Positions 9,060-18,411 of a stretch of 32,000 nucleotides of DNA are shown here, piece after piece. Source of the stretch: Hyperthermus butylicus DSM 5456 (lineage in GTDB: Archaea > Thermoproteota > Thermoprotei_A > Sulfolobales > Pyrodictiaceae); assembly GCF_000015145.1 (NCBI RefSeq), contig NC_008818.1:1230001-1262000 (forward strand), in the 5' to 3' direction. Position numbers and translations under genes: made by a program. Numbering within the stretch: position 1 is the stretch's first letter; every line of letters begins with the position of its first letter. Under the pieces are notes generated by a model that worked only from the letters and a program-made list of their open reading frames with translations, was not told where the DNA came from and did not search any database.

Positions 9060-9153
9060 GGGGGCCCTCGAGGCCCGGCTGAGTCTTCATGATATTCTTC
9101 AGTCCCGCCGTAGTAGTTTTTACCGCATGGAGGTTCCTCCTCACCGGGCCCCC
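9060..9153. repeat. Perfect 8-bp GC inverted repeat (GGGGGCCC 9060-9067 / GGGCCCCC 9146-9153) enclosing a GGAGGTTCCTCC hairpin; candidate structured RNA
   Basis: Direct reading; intergenic; ACA trinucleotide immediately 3' of the repeat on the + strand. Confidence 0.4.
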
Positions 9154-9274
9154 ACAACTCTCTCCCCGCTGCCTCCCGCACATAAAGCAATGGCGCTACC
9201 CGATGGATATGCTGTAACGAACTCTACCATATCGCTCTCACACGTGTCCATAGGGCTGCGAGGGTGAATAGGGC

Positions 9275-9721
9275 TTGGGTAGGACTGGTAAAGTCATAGC
9301 AAGGATCTACAAGGAGGAGGAAGCCAAGATAGGGCCTGTAACACTTACGGTTTACAAGCTGGAAAATATAAGGGAGCATAGCGGAGAGCTAGTGGATGTT
9401 ATTGCAGACTATGCTGAGAGGTATAGGAACACAAAGGGCTACGTAATAATTGTGGAGGTAAGAAATAGCCGGGGTGAGGTCGTCGAAGAGACTGGTTATG
9501 CTACCGTTAGTGGCGATGTGCTGTTCCATCGACCGGCAAGGCTCAGCGCTATAAGACTTGTGAGAAGTGGCAAACAAGCGGTAGTGGTAGAGGAGGTTAA
9601 AGCTCCAGGCGAATACTACGTCTACATTGGCCGTATAGCGGTGCCTGACGGAGTTGATGCAGTCGTACTCATAACCGATCAAGGCTCAAGGGTTGTGCTT
9701 GGAGCAAAGATGAGGGGGTGA
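9275..9721 (+). CDS. Hypothetical protein
   Basis: 148-aa ORF with alternating beta-like composition. Confidence 0.55.
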   Translation: MGRTGKVIARIYKEEEAKIGPVTLTVYKLENIREHSGELVDVIADYAERYRNTKGYVIIVEVRNSRGEVVEETGYATVSGDVLFHRPARLSAIRLVRSGKQAVVVEEVKAPGEYYVYIGRIAVPDGVDAVVLITDQGSRVVLGAKMRG

Positions 9722-9783
9722 AGAAAGACTCCAATGGCGACCGTGGTTTCTGGGATGAGCGTGCTCCGCCCCTTCAGACCCTT

Positions 9784-10101
9784 CTAGATGTTCTTGGTTC
9801 TCCAAAGATATGTTTCGAGTTCGCGGCGGACCATATCGTAAATAGTGTCGAGGTGTACTCTACGTACATGGAGGTATAACCCCTTACGCGTAAAGGGTCC
9901 TTTCCCGCAGATGCGGCAGCGCAAAATTCTATCATCCTCAACAGCTATTTGCTCGGAAACAGTTGCAACTATTGCTGCTGCAGCTTCCTTAACGCTCTGG
10001 GGCATATCGTCGAGGCTATAGCTGAGGCCTGCAGCACTTCTAATAGCTGCCTCAGCTATCTTAGAGACTATGTATATGAGGTCGAGCCTCGCATACCCCA
10101 T
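9784..10101 (-). CDS. Small C2H2 zinc-finger protein
   Basis: CRICGKGPFTRKGLYLHVRRVH fits C-x2-C-x12-H-x4-H. Confidence 0.7.
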   Translation of the reverse strand: MGYARLDLIYIVSKIAEAAIRSAAGLSYSLDDMPQSVKEAAAAIVATVSEQIAVEDDRILRCRICGKGPFTRKGLYLHVRRVHLDTIYDMVRRELETYLWRTKNI

Positions 10102-10586
10102 TACCTCTTCACCCTTGGCGGTACAAGCAGCATTGCAGCTATGAGCCCTTGTAGTTCCTCGCAGCTCATTCTAGGTAGTATCTTTACTATTAACCGTCTC
10201 GCATCAGCATCATAATCCATTGCTGCGAGTATATCGGCTACGATTTCGGAGAGTATATCTTTATCGCAAGCGTTTGAGGCCAGATACTCGAGAGCAGCTA
10301 TTAATCCATCTTCGCCCCAAACATCTACGAGGACTGTAAAGTGGTTCCTTTTCCTGGAAGCTATCTCGGCAACCCCATCAACGTATTTCGCATCAATGCC
10401 ACGTAGATAGTGTGCTAGGAGATCGTATGCATGCTCTCTGCACTCGCTGCATTCAATACCAAGTCTTTCGAGTAGAGAGGCCATGGAGGCTGTTAGGGCT
10501 ACCTCTCTCGGTGTAGCAGTAACTTCCTTCTCCACGAGGGTAGGGGTTGTGGCAGCCTGGAGTGACTCAACAGATGTAAGCTCCAA
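10101..10586 (-). CDS. Hypothetical protein, overlaps the start of the C2H2 gene
   Basis: 161-aa ORF ending at 10101 where the next minus-strand gene begins; likely same operon. Confidence 0.5.
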   Translation of the reverse strand: MELTSVESLQAATTPTLVEKEVTATPREVALTASMASLLERLGIECSECREHAYDLLAHYLRGIDAKYVDGVAEIASRKRNHFTVLVDVWGEDGLIAALEYLASNACDKDILSEIVADILAAMDYDADARRLIVKILPRMSCEELQGLIAAMLLVPPRVKR

Positions 10587-10793
10587 AGGTTATCCCCACT
10601 CCTCTTGGTTTAGCTTATAGGGCTAGAATATAGATGTGGGCCAGTAATACCATTATATATGGTGCTCGGTCGTCAGCTGGACTAGGATACTTCATCCCAA
10701 AACCTTGAGTAGTTAGAGGTCTGGCCGGGTCTAACTCATCACCCTCTAGACCGTCCGGGATATTACGTGGGCTCCGGTTAATAGGTTACAGCC

Positions 10794-11537
10794 TTGGGGC
10801 CAGCAGTTTTGAGAGGCTATTGTGCTAGGTGTGGTAAGCCGCTTACACCGGGAGATAGTGTTGGACCATTCTGCCTCGACTGTTACGTGGAGATGTTTAA
10901 ACTGCTCTGTGTACCTGAACGAGTGAGATTTGACTATTGTAAATACTGTGGGGCCTACCGGATTGGCCACCGCTGGCAGAGTGGCGGCGAGCTGGAAGAG
11001 GCTGTTCAACGTTTTGTAGAAGAGGTTGCTGGAGGCGTTAAGCCGTGCAGGCCTGAGGTTAGGGGCTTTAGTGTTGAGGGCGTGGAGCCCCTGACAAAGC
11101 CGTCCTGGAGGACAATATACGCTATACGCTACAGCATACAAGTACAAGGTGTGGACAAGCCTATAAGCCAGACGTACCGTGTTGAGGTTAGAGCTAGCCC
11201 GACAATATGTCCTACATGCAAGGATGTTAGGGGTGGAGAGTACAACGTACTGCTCCAGGTGCGCGGGATAAAGCCTGCCGAGTTAGCTAGACTCCTCGGC
11301 CCATTGCTCGACTCTAGCGAGCAAATACAGAACTCCATAGTTGACATAGTAGAGTATAATAATGGTGTTGACTTCCTATTGCTTGATAGGGGTAGTGCAG
11401 CTAAAATAATTAAGGAAATCAAGAAGAAGTACATAGTGGTTACCCGTACAACTGGCGAGGATGTCGGCATAACATCTACTGGGCATATGAGGAGGCGTAC
11501 TGTGATAGCCGTTAGGGTGAGGAGGCCACGGTTATGA
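10794..11537 (+). CDS. NMD3-related archaeal protein
   Basis: Paired zinc ribbons CARCGKPL...CLDC and YCKYCGAYRIGHRW, later CPTCKDVRGGEYNVLLQVRG. Confidence 0.85.
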   Translation: MGPAVLRGYCARCGKPLTPGDSVGPFCLDCYVEMFKLLCVPERVRFDYCKYCGAYRIGHRWQSGGELEEAVQRFVEEVAGGVKPCRPEVRGFSVEGVEPLTKPSWRTIYAIRYSIQVQGVDKPISQTYRVEVRASPTICPTCKDVRGGEYNVLLQVRGIKPAELARLLGPLLDSSEQIQNSIVDIVEYNNGVDFLLLDRGSAAKIIKEIKKKYIVVTRTTGEDVGITSTGHMRRRTVIAVRVRRPRL

Positions 11538-11842
11538 GCGATATAATAGACTACGTACCCGAGGACGTGCTCGAGGAGATTGTTAGTGCTGAGAGCGAGC
11601 TAAAGCAGAAGAGGAAGAGGTACAAGCCATACCCCTCATCGCGTGATGTAGTTGAAGCAGTAATAGAGGCTGTCAGAACGTTTAGTGGACACCCCGACGA
11701 GTTCCCCGATTACGTGCTTGAGATACTGGAGGCCAGAGGGTTTGATGTTAGACATGTAACGTTGAAGAGGATATGGAGGACCTATGAGATGCTTGTTAGG
11801 AAGGGAGTTATAGGTGATAGATTGGGAGTCCTCGCGTCCTAG
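11534..11842 (+). CDS. Hypothetical protein, 4-nt overlap with the NMD3-like gene
   Basis: 102-aa ORF, overlapping start/stop suggests translational coupling. Confidence 0.6.
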   Translation: MSDIIDYVPEDVLEEIVSAESELKQKRKRYKPYPSSRDVVEAVIEAVRTFSGHPDEFPDYVLEILEARGFDVRHVTLKRIWRTYEMLVRKGVIGDRLGVLAS

Positions 11843-11864
11843 GAGCAAGGTGCGAAGGGGGTGA

Positions 11865-12314
11865 ATGATATTGCAGGTCTACATAAAGCATGGTGGTGTA
11901 TGGCTGAGAATAAAGGAGGTATACACGATACAGCCCACAACTAGGAAGAGGCGTGGTAGGCAGCAGCCTAGAAGCTCTCCATACGGTATTGTTGCGGAGA
12001 GCGTTGAGAGTATTGAGCTTAAGGGCTATAAGTACAGCAAGGAGATAGCCGTACCAGCGATGAAGGTTAGTAGATTCGCAGCAAGGCTCCACCTGGAGCC
12101 AGGCGAAGCCATAGTTGTTATCGAGGAGTATGCAGCCGACAGGTACAAGGCAATGATCTACGCGAAAAACAAAACACAGCTTGAGGAGGCTGTCAACAGG
12201 GCGCTCACAATACTCTCCTCGCTCCAAGTTGGTAGGGGCAGGACACGTGAAGAGGTGGATGTGGAGGAGGCTGAGGAGCTAGAGGAGGAAGAGGAGGTGG
12301 AGGGCGAAGAGTAA
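11865..12314 (+). CDS. Hypothetical protein with strongly acidic C-terminal tail
   Basis: Ends TREEVDVEEAEELEEEEEVEGEE. Confidence 0.6.
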   Translation: MILQVYIKHGGVWLRIKEVYTIQPTTRKRRGRQQPRSSPYGIVAESVESIELKGYKYSKEIAVPAMKVSRFAARLHLEPGEAIVVIEEYAADRYKAMIYAKNKTQLEEAVNRALTILSSLQVGRGRTREEVDVEEAEELEEEEEVEGEE

Positions 12315-12317
12315 GCC

Positions 12318-12671
12318 TTGGACCCTATGGATATCTGTGAGGTTTGCAACAGAAAGCCTGCTAGGTATCGCTGTCTGCTGTGTGGCAGACATGTATGCGA
12401 GGACGACTGGAACAATGGGGTCTGCGTTCTCTGTAGGAGTACTTTGTGTCAAGCTTGCGGCTTGAGGCTTGCAGTGGCATCGTGCAGTATGTGTGGCCGT
12501 CTAGTCTGCGATGAGTGCTCGGTGCAGGTAAGCCCCGTGATCAGATTGTGTAGGGAGTGTTATGTACGTGTGGGTGGTAAGTGGCCTCCGCGAGAGCTTG
12601 TGGAGATGGAGGTTGGCAGACTAGCAGCATCGCTGGTAGAGTTCCTCAAGCTATACGTTCCTGCCCGCTAG
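12318..12671 (+). CDS. Multi-zinc-finger (B-box/HIT-like) small protein
   Basis: CEVCNRKPARYRCLLCGRHVCEDDW, CVLCRSTLCQACG, CSMCGRLVCDEC, and CREC. Confidence 0.7.
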   Translation: MDPMDICEVCNRKPARYRCLLCGRHVCEDDWNNGVCVLCRSTLCQACGLRLAVASCSMCGRLVCDECSVQVSPVIRLCRECYVRVGGKWPPRELVEMEVGRLAASLVEFLKLYVPAR

Positions 12672-13632
12672 CATACTCATCGAGTCTTCTCTGCTGTGGT
12701 TTCCGGGGAGGCTCTATACGCAGTGGGATTAAGTGGGAGCCATCGCAGGTCCTTGCGGTGTGTAGCCAAGGGAACCCCTCTCTACACGTCGCAAACTCCA
12801 TGCCGAGACGCTCGGCTTCACGCTTAACCCGAAGCATTATCTCGTACCGCAAGCTTTGCCGTAGATACCAGTAGCCATGCATCCAAACACCCTCCTCCCT
12901 GTACAGTTTGTTGTATAGTTTCTCGTACTCCGGGAAAGCCTCAACAAGCCTCTTCAAGTTATCAGGTCTAGCCTTGTAGGTTGAGGTTACAACAAACCGG
13001 ACACCAGCCTCATAAGCAGCCTCTAACACCCTCCTTATACTCTCTGCATCATCAGTTAAGTAGGGGAATACCGGGTCGAGCCGGAGCCCCACTGGTACAC
13101 CTGCACGGGAGAGCCGTCTTAGTGCCTCGATTCTCTCTCGTGGAGGTGGTGCTCCCGGTTCTAGTTTAGCGGCAAGTCCCCGGTCGAGTGTCGTGATAGT
13201 CATTGTTACTGCTGCATTACCTCTTGATAGTAGATCTGTGTCGCGGGCTACGAGTGAGCCTTTTGTTATAATTAGGACCTTGAAGCCACGTGGTAGGAGC
13301 TGTTCGAGGGTCCAGCGTGTCAGTTTGTAATACTCCTCCTCTGGGGGATAGGGATCGCTGCTGGTCGAAATATCTATGTGGAATCTCGGGTCTATAACAC
13401 TGGTAATGTCGTGGAGGAGTCTCTCCCTATAGTTCTTCTTTGGAGTGCTAGGCCTCTGACCTATGTAGGCTGTAGCGTAGCAGTATACGCAGAAGTGACT
13501 ACAGCCAGTGTAGGGGTTTAGCGAGTACTTTGTGGGACACGTGCAGAGGGGACTTCCCCATGGATCAAACGCGTTTACAACTTTACCACTTCTCAGCAGT
13601 CTCGGCCTACGCTTGCCAGCCACGCTAGCCAA
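12646..13632 (-). CDS. Radical SAM protein, SplB/spore-photoproduct-lyase-like (COG1533)
   Basis: YSLNPYTGCSHFCVYCYATAYIG (CxxxCxxC) and IDISTSSDPYPPEE. Confidence 0.85.
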   Translation of the reverse strand: MASVAGKRRPRLLRSGKVVNAFDPWGSPLCTCPTKYSLNPYTGCSHFCVYCYATAYIGQRPSTPKKNYRERLLHDITSVIDPRFHIDISTSSDPYPPEEEYYKLTRWTLEQLLPRGFKVLIITKGSLVARDTDLLSRGNAAVTMTITTLDRGLAAKLEPGAPPPRERIEALRRLSRAGVPVGLRLDPVFPYLTDDAESIRRVLEAAYEAGVRFVVTSTYKARPDNLKRLVEAFPEYEKLYNKLYREEGVWMHGYWYLRQSLRYEIMLRVKREAERLGMEFATCREGFPWLHTARTCDGSHLIPLRIEPPRKPQQRRLDEYASGQERIA

Positions 13633-13674
13633 GACCTAGTAGCCCTACAATCATGTAGTGTGTGCCTTAGCTCC

Positions 13675-14280
13675 CTAAAGCTCTATGTTGGCGTGTCTTG
13701 CCCGGAGATCAACCTCACTCTTTCCGAGCCTATGCATAAGCTCTACGACCACGCCATCAAGGAATACTAGCGCAGTATCCTCGAAGAGAGTTCCGAGCGG
13801 TGCCAAGGGTTCGTGGATGCCCAGTATCTGTCTCGCAAAGTAGTCTATGTCTGGCGCGAGCTTAGTCCTTCCAGGTATCTCTACAACAATGTCTGCGAGT
13901 CTTCCAAGAGGGCTGTCAGGGTAGCTTGTAATAGCTATGATGGTTGCCTTAACCTTCTTTGCCGCTTCCGCAGCTGTAACTATGAGCTGCGTTCTACCGG
14001 AGCCTGATATAGCAACGACTACGTCTCTCTCGCCTATGCTCGGTGTTATTGTCTCGCCGAGGACATAGACGTTGAAGCCTAGGTGCATAAGCCTCATGGC
14101 AAATGCTCTTCCTACAAGCCCGCTGCGCCCAGCACCCATGACTAATATCTTACTACCCTGGCGGTAGGCGTTCTCTAGGACATCGAGCATCAGGCTAACC
14201 TGCTCCTCGTTAAGCTTCTCAATAACCTTGTCTATGAACATGACTATTTCTTTCATAGTTTTACGCACGTATTCAATCAT
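13675..14280 (-). CDS. hxlB: 6-phospho-3-hexuloisomerase, SIS domain (ORF open to 14298)
   Basis: [46 protein letters not shown], and C-terminal [19 protein letters not shown]. Confidence 0.88.
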   Translation of the reverse strand: MIEYVRKTMKEIVMFIDKVIEKLNEEQVSLMLDVLENAYRQGSKILVMGAGRSGLVGRAFAMRLMHLGFNVYVLGETITPSIGERDVVVAISGSGRTQLIVTAAEAAKKVKATIIAITSYPDSPLGRLADIVVEIPGRTKLAPDIDYFARQILGIHEPLAPLGTLFEDTALVFLDGVVVELMHRLGKSEVDLRARHANIEL

Positions 14281-14467
14281 TACTCCGCCTTCCCTCAAGC
14301 TCCGCGTGACGGGTACGCAGTGAAAAGAGAATATAAGCTGTTATTCCTACTGCCAGGGGTAAAGCTTATTTAACACCAGGTTAGAAACGTTGGTATCCGG
14401 CCCATAATATGGATCCATGGACGGGTGACTGGTTATTGCTTCGAGCATAGTTACGCGCAGAGAGCCC

Positions 14468-17419
14468 ATAAATGAGTATGCAAAGTATCTCGTCGAGATA
14501 GCCAGGAAATGGCAAAACGAATGGAGGAGAAGCAGAGTATTCGAGGCAGATCCCCAGCCCGGTAGAAAGAAGTTCTTCATTACTGCGGCTTTCCCGTATC
14601 CCAATAGCCCATTGCACCTAGGTCACAGCAGAACATACACGATAACCGATGCTTATGCAAGATTTAAGCGGATGCAAGGTTACAATGTGTTATTCCCAAT
14701 GGGCTTCCACTATACGGGAACACCGATACTAACAATGGCTGAGTCAATAGCGGCAGGGGACAAGGAGCTAATAGACCTAATGATAAACGTGTATGACGTA
14801 CCGCCGGAGGATATAGAGAAGCTGAAGGATCCCCTATCCCTGGCAAGATACTTCCATAACGATGCAAAGCAGGCAATGATGGAGATTGGTTATAGCATTG
14901 ACTGGCGTCGTGAATTCACATCGATAGACGAGGAGTTCAAACAGTTTGTTGTGTGGCAATTCATGAAGCTAAAGGAGAAGGGGCTACTAAAGAAGGGCAC
15001 CCACCCAGTAGGATGGTGCCCCAAGCACAACATGCCTGTAGGCATGCATGACACCAAGGGCGACGTGGAGCCGGAGATAGGCGAGTTCACACTGATACTA
15101 TTCAAGCTTGAGAATGAGGATGTCTACCTGCCAGCAGCAACGCTAAGGCCAGAGACGGTATTTGGGGTAACCAACATTTGGCTTAACCCCGAGGCAGAGT
15201 ATGTGCTGGTAGAAGTTGATGGTAGAAAGTACATTATGAGCAAGCGTGCAGTATTCAAGCTAAGGTTTCAGCGTGACAACGTAAGGGAAGTCAGAGAAAT
15301 TGATCCCGGCGAGTTGTTTGGCAAGCGAGTGGTAAACCCTGCAACAGGTAGGAGGGTTCCAATACTGCCAGCAAAGTTTGTTGATCCAGCCACGGCCACC
15401 GGAGTAGTAATGAGTGTGCCTGCACATGCGCCATACGACTATGTGGCGCTGAGAGAGCTGCTGGAAAACAAGGAGCTTCTCGAAAAGTATGGTGTTAACA
15501 GTGAAGAGTTAACACCAATTCCGCTCATAGAGGTTAAAGGGTATAGCGAGCTTCCAGCCCGCGATGTCGTGGAAAGGATGGGCATAAGAAGCCAGTACGA
15601 GCGAGACTTGCTGGATAAGGCTACGAAGGAGCTGTATTCGGACGAATACCGATATGGTGTTATGAGGAGTGATATAGTAGAGCTAGTTTACCCTGAAGCC
15701 CCCTCAGAGCTACGTGATCTTGTACGTGCAGCTGTAAAGGCATGGATCGTTGGTCAGCCGGTATCAGTAGCTAGGGAAGCCACGGTGAAGTGGCTCTCCG
15801 CTATTGGTCGTGCAGATAAGATATATGAGATAATGAATAGGCCTGTCTACTGCAGGTGTGGCACCGAGATAGTAGTTAAGGTGCTGAAAGATCAATGGTT
15901 CGTAGACTACGGCAACCCTGAGTGGAAGCGCATAGTGTTAGAACACCTGGAGGTTATGAGGATAGTGCCAGAGGAGCTAAGGGAGGAGTTTCGAAAGGTC
16001 GTGGACTGGCTCCGCGAGCGTGCTGTGGCTCGTACTCGTGGCCTAGGGACAGAGCTTCCGTGGGCTAAGGGCTGGATAATAGAGAGTCTTAGCGATTCAA
16101 CGATATACATGGCGTTCTACACAGTAATTCACAAGATTAGAAGCTATGGGCTAAAACCGGACCAGTTAACGCTAGAGTTCTGGGACTACGTAATGCTTGG
16201 TAAGGGAGACCCGAAAGCTATCTCGGCGAAGATTGGTGTACCCGTTAAGGTGCTTGAGGAGCTACGTAGCGAGTTTGAGTATTGGTACCCGCTAGACTCG
16301 AGACACAGTGGCAGGGATCTGGTGCCTAACCATCTGACATTCTTCATATTCAATCACGTGGCAATATTTCCGAGGGATAAGTGGCCACGCCAGATAGTGG
16401 TAAATGGTTTCGTGATGCTTGAAGGCAAGAAGATGAGTAAGAGTCTACGCAATATCATACCGCTACGCAGGGCTCTGAGAATATATGGTCCCGATACAGT
16501 TAGAGCAGCAATACTTGCTGCTGCTGAGCTGCTGCAAGATGCAGACTTCTCTGATGCGCTAGCGAGGAGTGTTATGGGTCAGCTAGCGAAGTTCGAGTCC
16601 ATAGCAGCTAAGGCATTAGAACACGATGATAGGGTGGACCTAGTTGATCGCTGGCTGTTAAGCAAGCTCCAGGAGAGCATAGAATATGTGACCAAGGCCA
16701 TGGAGGAGCTAAGGGTTCGAAGCGCAACAATACACGTTCTGTACGAGATGGAGAACATGGCGTCGAAATACCTTGAGTTGAGGGGTGGCAAGCCAGGTCC
16801 AGCACTCCTAGAATACGTGAAGACGTGGACGAAGATGCTTGCACCAGTAGCACCACATCTTGCCGAGGAGGTCTGGCATAGACTTGGCGGCGAGAGCTTC
16901 GTATCTATCGAGAAGTGGCCAAGCTCTGACAAGACAAAGATCGACTATGAGGCGGAGCTAGCGATAGAATACCTTGACAAGGTTATAGAGGATGTAAAGT
17001 CTATACTGAGGATATTCAAGGGTAAGCCTAGGAGACTCATCATAGCTGTCGCCGGAAGGGAATACTGGAGCTACGCGAGAATAGCTGCCGAGGTCCTGCT
17101 CGCAAGACAGCAGCTGAGAACACTAATACAGAGATTCGTTGAGGCAGGAATCAGTGACCGCAAGCAAGCTGCACAGCTAGCACAAAAAATTAGCCGTGTA
17201 TTCAGCGAGCTAAGCCCCGAGACGCTAAAGAGAATTAGTATGGTCGAAGAGTTTGATGAAAAGGCTGTCCTAGAGAAGTTCAAGGACTACGTGGCATCAA
17301 GACTAGGAATGGAGGAAGTTGTTATAGTTACCGCTGAGGAGGCCGAGCATAAAGAGCTAGTACCTCCAACAAAGCTGGCCCAAGCAGTTCCAATGCGGCC
17401 AGCCATACTAGTAGAGTAG
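14468..17419 (+). CDS. leuS: Leucyl-tRNA synthetase; frame open from 14429; first canonical in-frame start is TTG 14612, but homologous coding clearly extends upstream
   Basis: In-frame upstream sequence reads INEYAKYLVEIARKWQNEWRRSRVFEADPQPGRKKFFITAAFPYPNSPLHLGHSRTY; KMSKSLRN (KMSKS) and editing/CP1 domains are present downstream. The 14468 start is only a placeholder (ATA). Confidence 0.93.
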   Translation: MNEYAKYLVEIARKWQNEWRRSRVFEADPQPGRKKFFITAAFPYPNSPLHLGHSRTYTITDAYARFKRMQGYNVLFPMGFHYTGTPILTMAESIAAGDKELIDLMINVYDVPPEDIEKLKDPLSLARYFHNDAKQAMMEIGYSIDWRREFTSIDEEFKQFVVWQFMKLKEKGLLKKGTHPVGWCPKHNMPVGMHDTKGDVEPEIGEFTLILFKLENEDVYLPAATLRPETVFGVTNIWLNPEAEYVLVEVDGRKYIMSKRAVFKLRFQRDNVREVREIDPGELFGKRVVNPATGRRVPILPAKFVDPATATGVVMSVPAHAPYDYVALRELLENKELLEKYGVNSEELTPIPLIEVKGYSELPARDVVERMGIRSQYERDLLDKATKELYSDEYRYGVMRSDIVELVYPEAPSELRDLVRAAVKAWIVGQPVSVAREATVKWLSAIGRADKIYEIMNRPVYCRCGTEIVVKVLKDQWFVDYGNPEWKRIVLEHLEVMRIVPEELREEFRKVVDWLRERAVARTRGLGTELPWAKGWIIESLSDSTIYMAFYTVIHKIRSYGLKPDQLTLEFWDYVMLGKGDPKAISAKIGVPVKVLEELRSEFEYWYPLDSRHSGRDLVPNHLTFFIFNHVAIFPRDKWPRQIVVNGFVMLEGKKMSKSLRNIIPLRRALRIYGPDTVRAAILAAAELLQDADFSDALARSVMGQLAKFESIAAKALEHDDRVDLVDRWLLSKLQESIEYVTKAMEELRVRSATIHVLYEMENMASKYLELRGGKPGPALLEYVKTWTKMLAPVAPHLAEEVWHRLGGESFVSIEKWPSSDKTKIDYEAELAIEYLDKVIEDVKSILRIFKGKPRRLIIAVAGREYWSYARIAAEVLLARQQLRTLIQRFVEAGISDRKQAAQLAQKISRVFSELSPETLKRISMVEEFDEKAVLEKFKDYVASRLGMEEVVIVTAEEAEHKELVPPTKLAQAVPMRPAILVE

Positions 17420-17467
17420 CCATCAGCCAGGCCTCAATCATTATTTTAACCATAATGCTTGGTGCTT

Positions 17468-18118
17468 CTAGTTCCTACAGTAGTCTATAACTATGTAGCC
17501 TAGGCTGTCAAGTCTTAAGCAGTCCATGGAAGCCAGCTCCTGGATAATACGTCTAGCTTCTCCACGTCTGACATTCTTGTTATATGCGATAACGTCCACA
17601 GCGTCGCGCAAGGCTATGCGGCCAGCGGTGGCATGCTCGCATAACAGCTCAATTATATCTCTTGGGCATGGATCGCTAGCTTTGATTAGCTGGTAGCCCT
17701 TAAGCCGAACATACTCTCGTAGCCTCCTACCAGCTATACTTGTCTCCAAGAGGTAGGTATCGCTGGCTAGGTGTCTAGCTTTTAGCCTAGCAAGTCTCCT
17801 CGGTGGAGGTTTTAGCGGACCTGCATAGAAGACTACTACATCCCAGGCTGGCGGTTCACACCAGAGAACAATAGTGCTAGTGCCTATAGCCATGCTAGAA
17901 CCACAGTCGCGTACATTGACTTGTTCAGCATTGTTGGCAGTTAGTGCCCCAAGGATAGCCTCCGTGAATGCTTCACTACATAGTATGGTGGGAGTTATAG
18001 CAAGGCCTCTAGCGATATTGTTTGCAGCAACCGCGGCTAGCACAACAGCAAGCCTTTGAAGGGGCGGTGATAGATAAGCCCTCAGCTCCACGCCGAGGCT
18101 GTCTACTATGCTCTGCAC
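17468..18118 (-). CDS. Hypothetical protein
   Basis: 216-aa ORF convergent with leuS. Confidence 0.55.
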   Translation of the reverse strand: MQSIVDSLGVELRAYLSPPLQRLAVVLAAVAANNIARGLAITPTILCSEAFTEAILGALTANNAEQVNVRDCGSSMAIGTSTIVLWCEPPAWDVVVFYAGPLKPPPRRLARLKARHLASDTYLLETSIAGRRLREYVRLKGYQLIKASDPCPRDIIELLCEHATAGRIALRDAVDVIAYNKNVRRGEARRIIQELASMDCLRLDSLGYIVIDYCRN

Positions 18119-18240
18119 AGCCTATTCCCCCAAGCCAGGAGCTAGTGGTGAATTCAGCGTAGCTCAGCTTCTTCACAGCCCCATACTAGGGGCTCAGAGC
18201 CTAACCCTCATCCTCCAGAAGGACTCCTCCTAGAGTGTTG

Positions 18241-18258
18241 CTAGAATAATATTTCTAG
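18241..18258. promoter_or_regulatory. Palindrome CTAGAA-TAATAT-TTCTAG with AT-rich centre, possible TATA box/operator for the sRNA at 18288
   Basis: Perfect 6-bp inverted repeat; TATA-like centre lies about 30-40 nt upstream of the candidate sRNA 5' end. Confidence 0.4.
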
Positions 18259-18287
18259 CCAGGCCACGATACATCTTCAAGCAATGC

Positions 18288-18347
18288 TGGAGGGTGACGA
18301 GTAAGAGGGTCGCTGATACATGATGACAGCCGGATTAGCCGACTCCA
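18288..18347 (+). ncRNA. Candidate box C/D guide sRNA with ideal geometry
   Basis: Stem TGGAG; 1 nt; C GTGACGA (18294-18300); 12-nt guide GTAAGAGGGTCG; D' CTGA (18313-18316); 3-nt spacer; C' ATGATGA (18320-18326); 12-nt guide CAGCCGGATTAG; D CCGA (18339-18342); stem CTCCA. Confidence 0.85.
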
Positions 18348-18411
18348 AGGCTAGGGCGTTAGCTCCTACTAAAACCTTATAACGCGTGATGCCAGAGTAT
18401 AGTGCTTCACA

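Noticed and set aside
9060-9153. tRNA gene, possibly intron-containing
   Set aside because: No U8, D-loop GG, GTTCRA T-loop or CCA-proximal features on either strand.
10674-10743. Minus-strand C/D-like pattern: GTGATGA, 12 nt, CAGA, long gap, GATGAAG-like, CTGA
   Set aside because: The D'-C' gap is about 23 nt, C' is poor and the closing stem is not adjacent to the boxes.
10746-11147. 133-aa minus-strand ORF
   Set aside because: Antisense to the well-supported NMD3-like gene.
14347-14617. Two short minus-strand ORFs over the leuS 5' region
   Set aside because: The opposite strand clearly encodes the LeuRS N-terminus.
18150-18220. Minus-strand ATGAGGG/CTGA/GTGAAGA/CTGA series with GCCCC-TAGTAT-GGGGC hairpin
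   Set aside because: Box C is poor, the first guide is too short and no k-turn closing stem exists.
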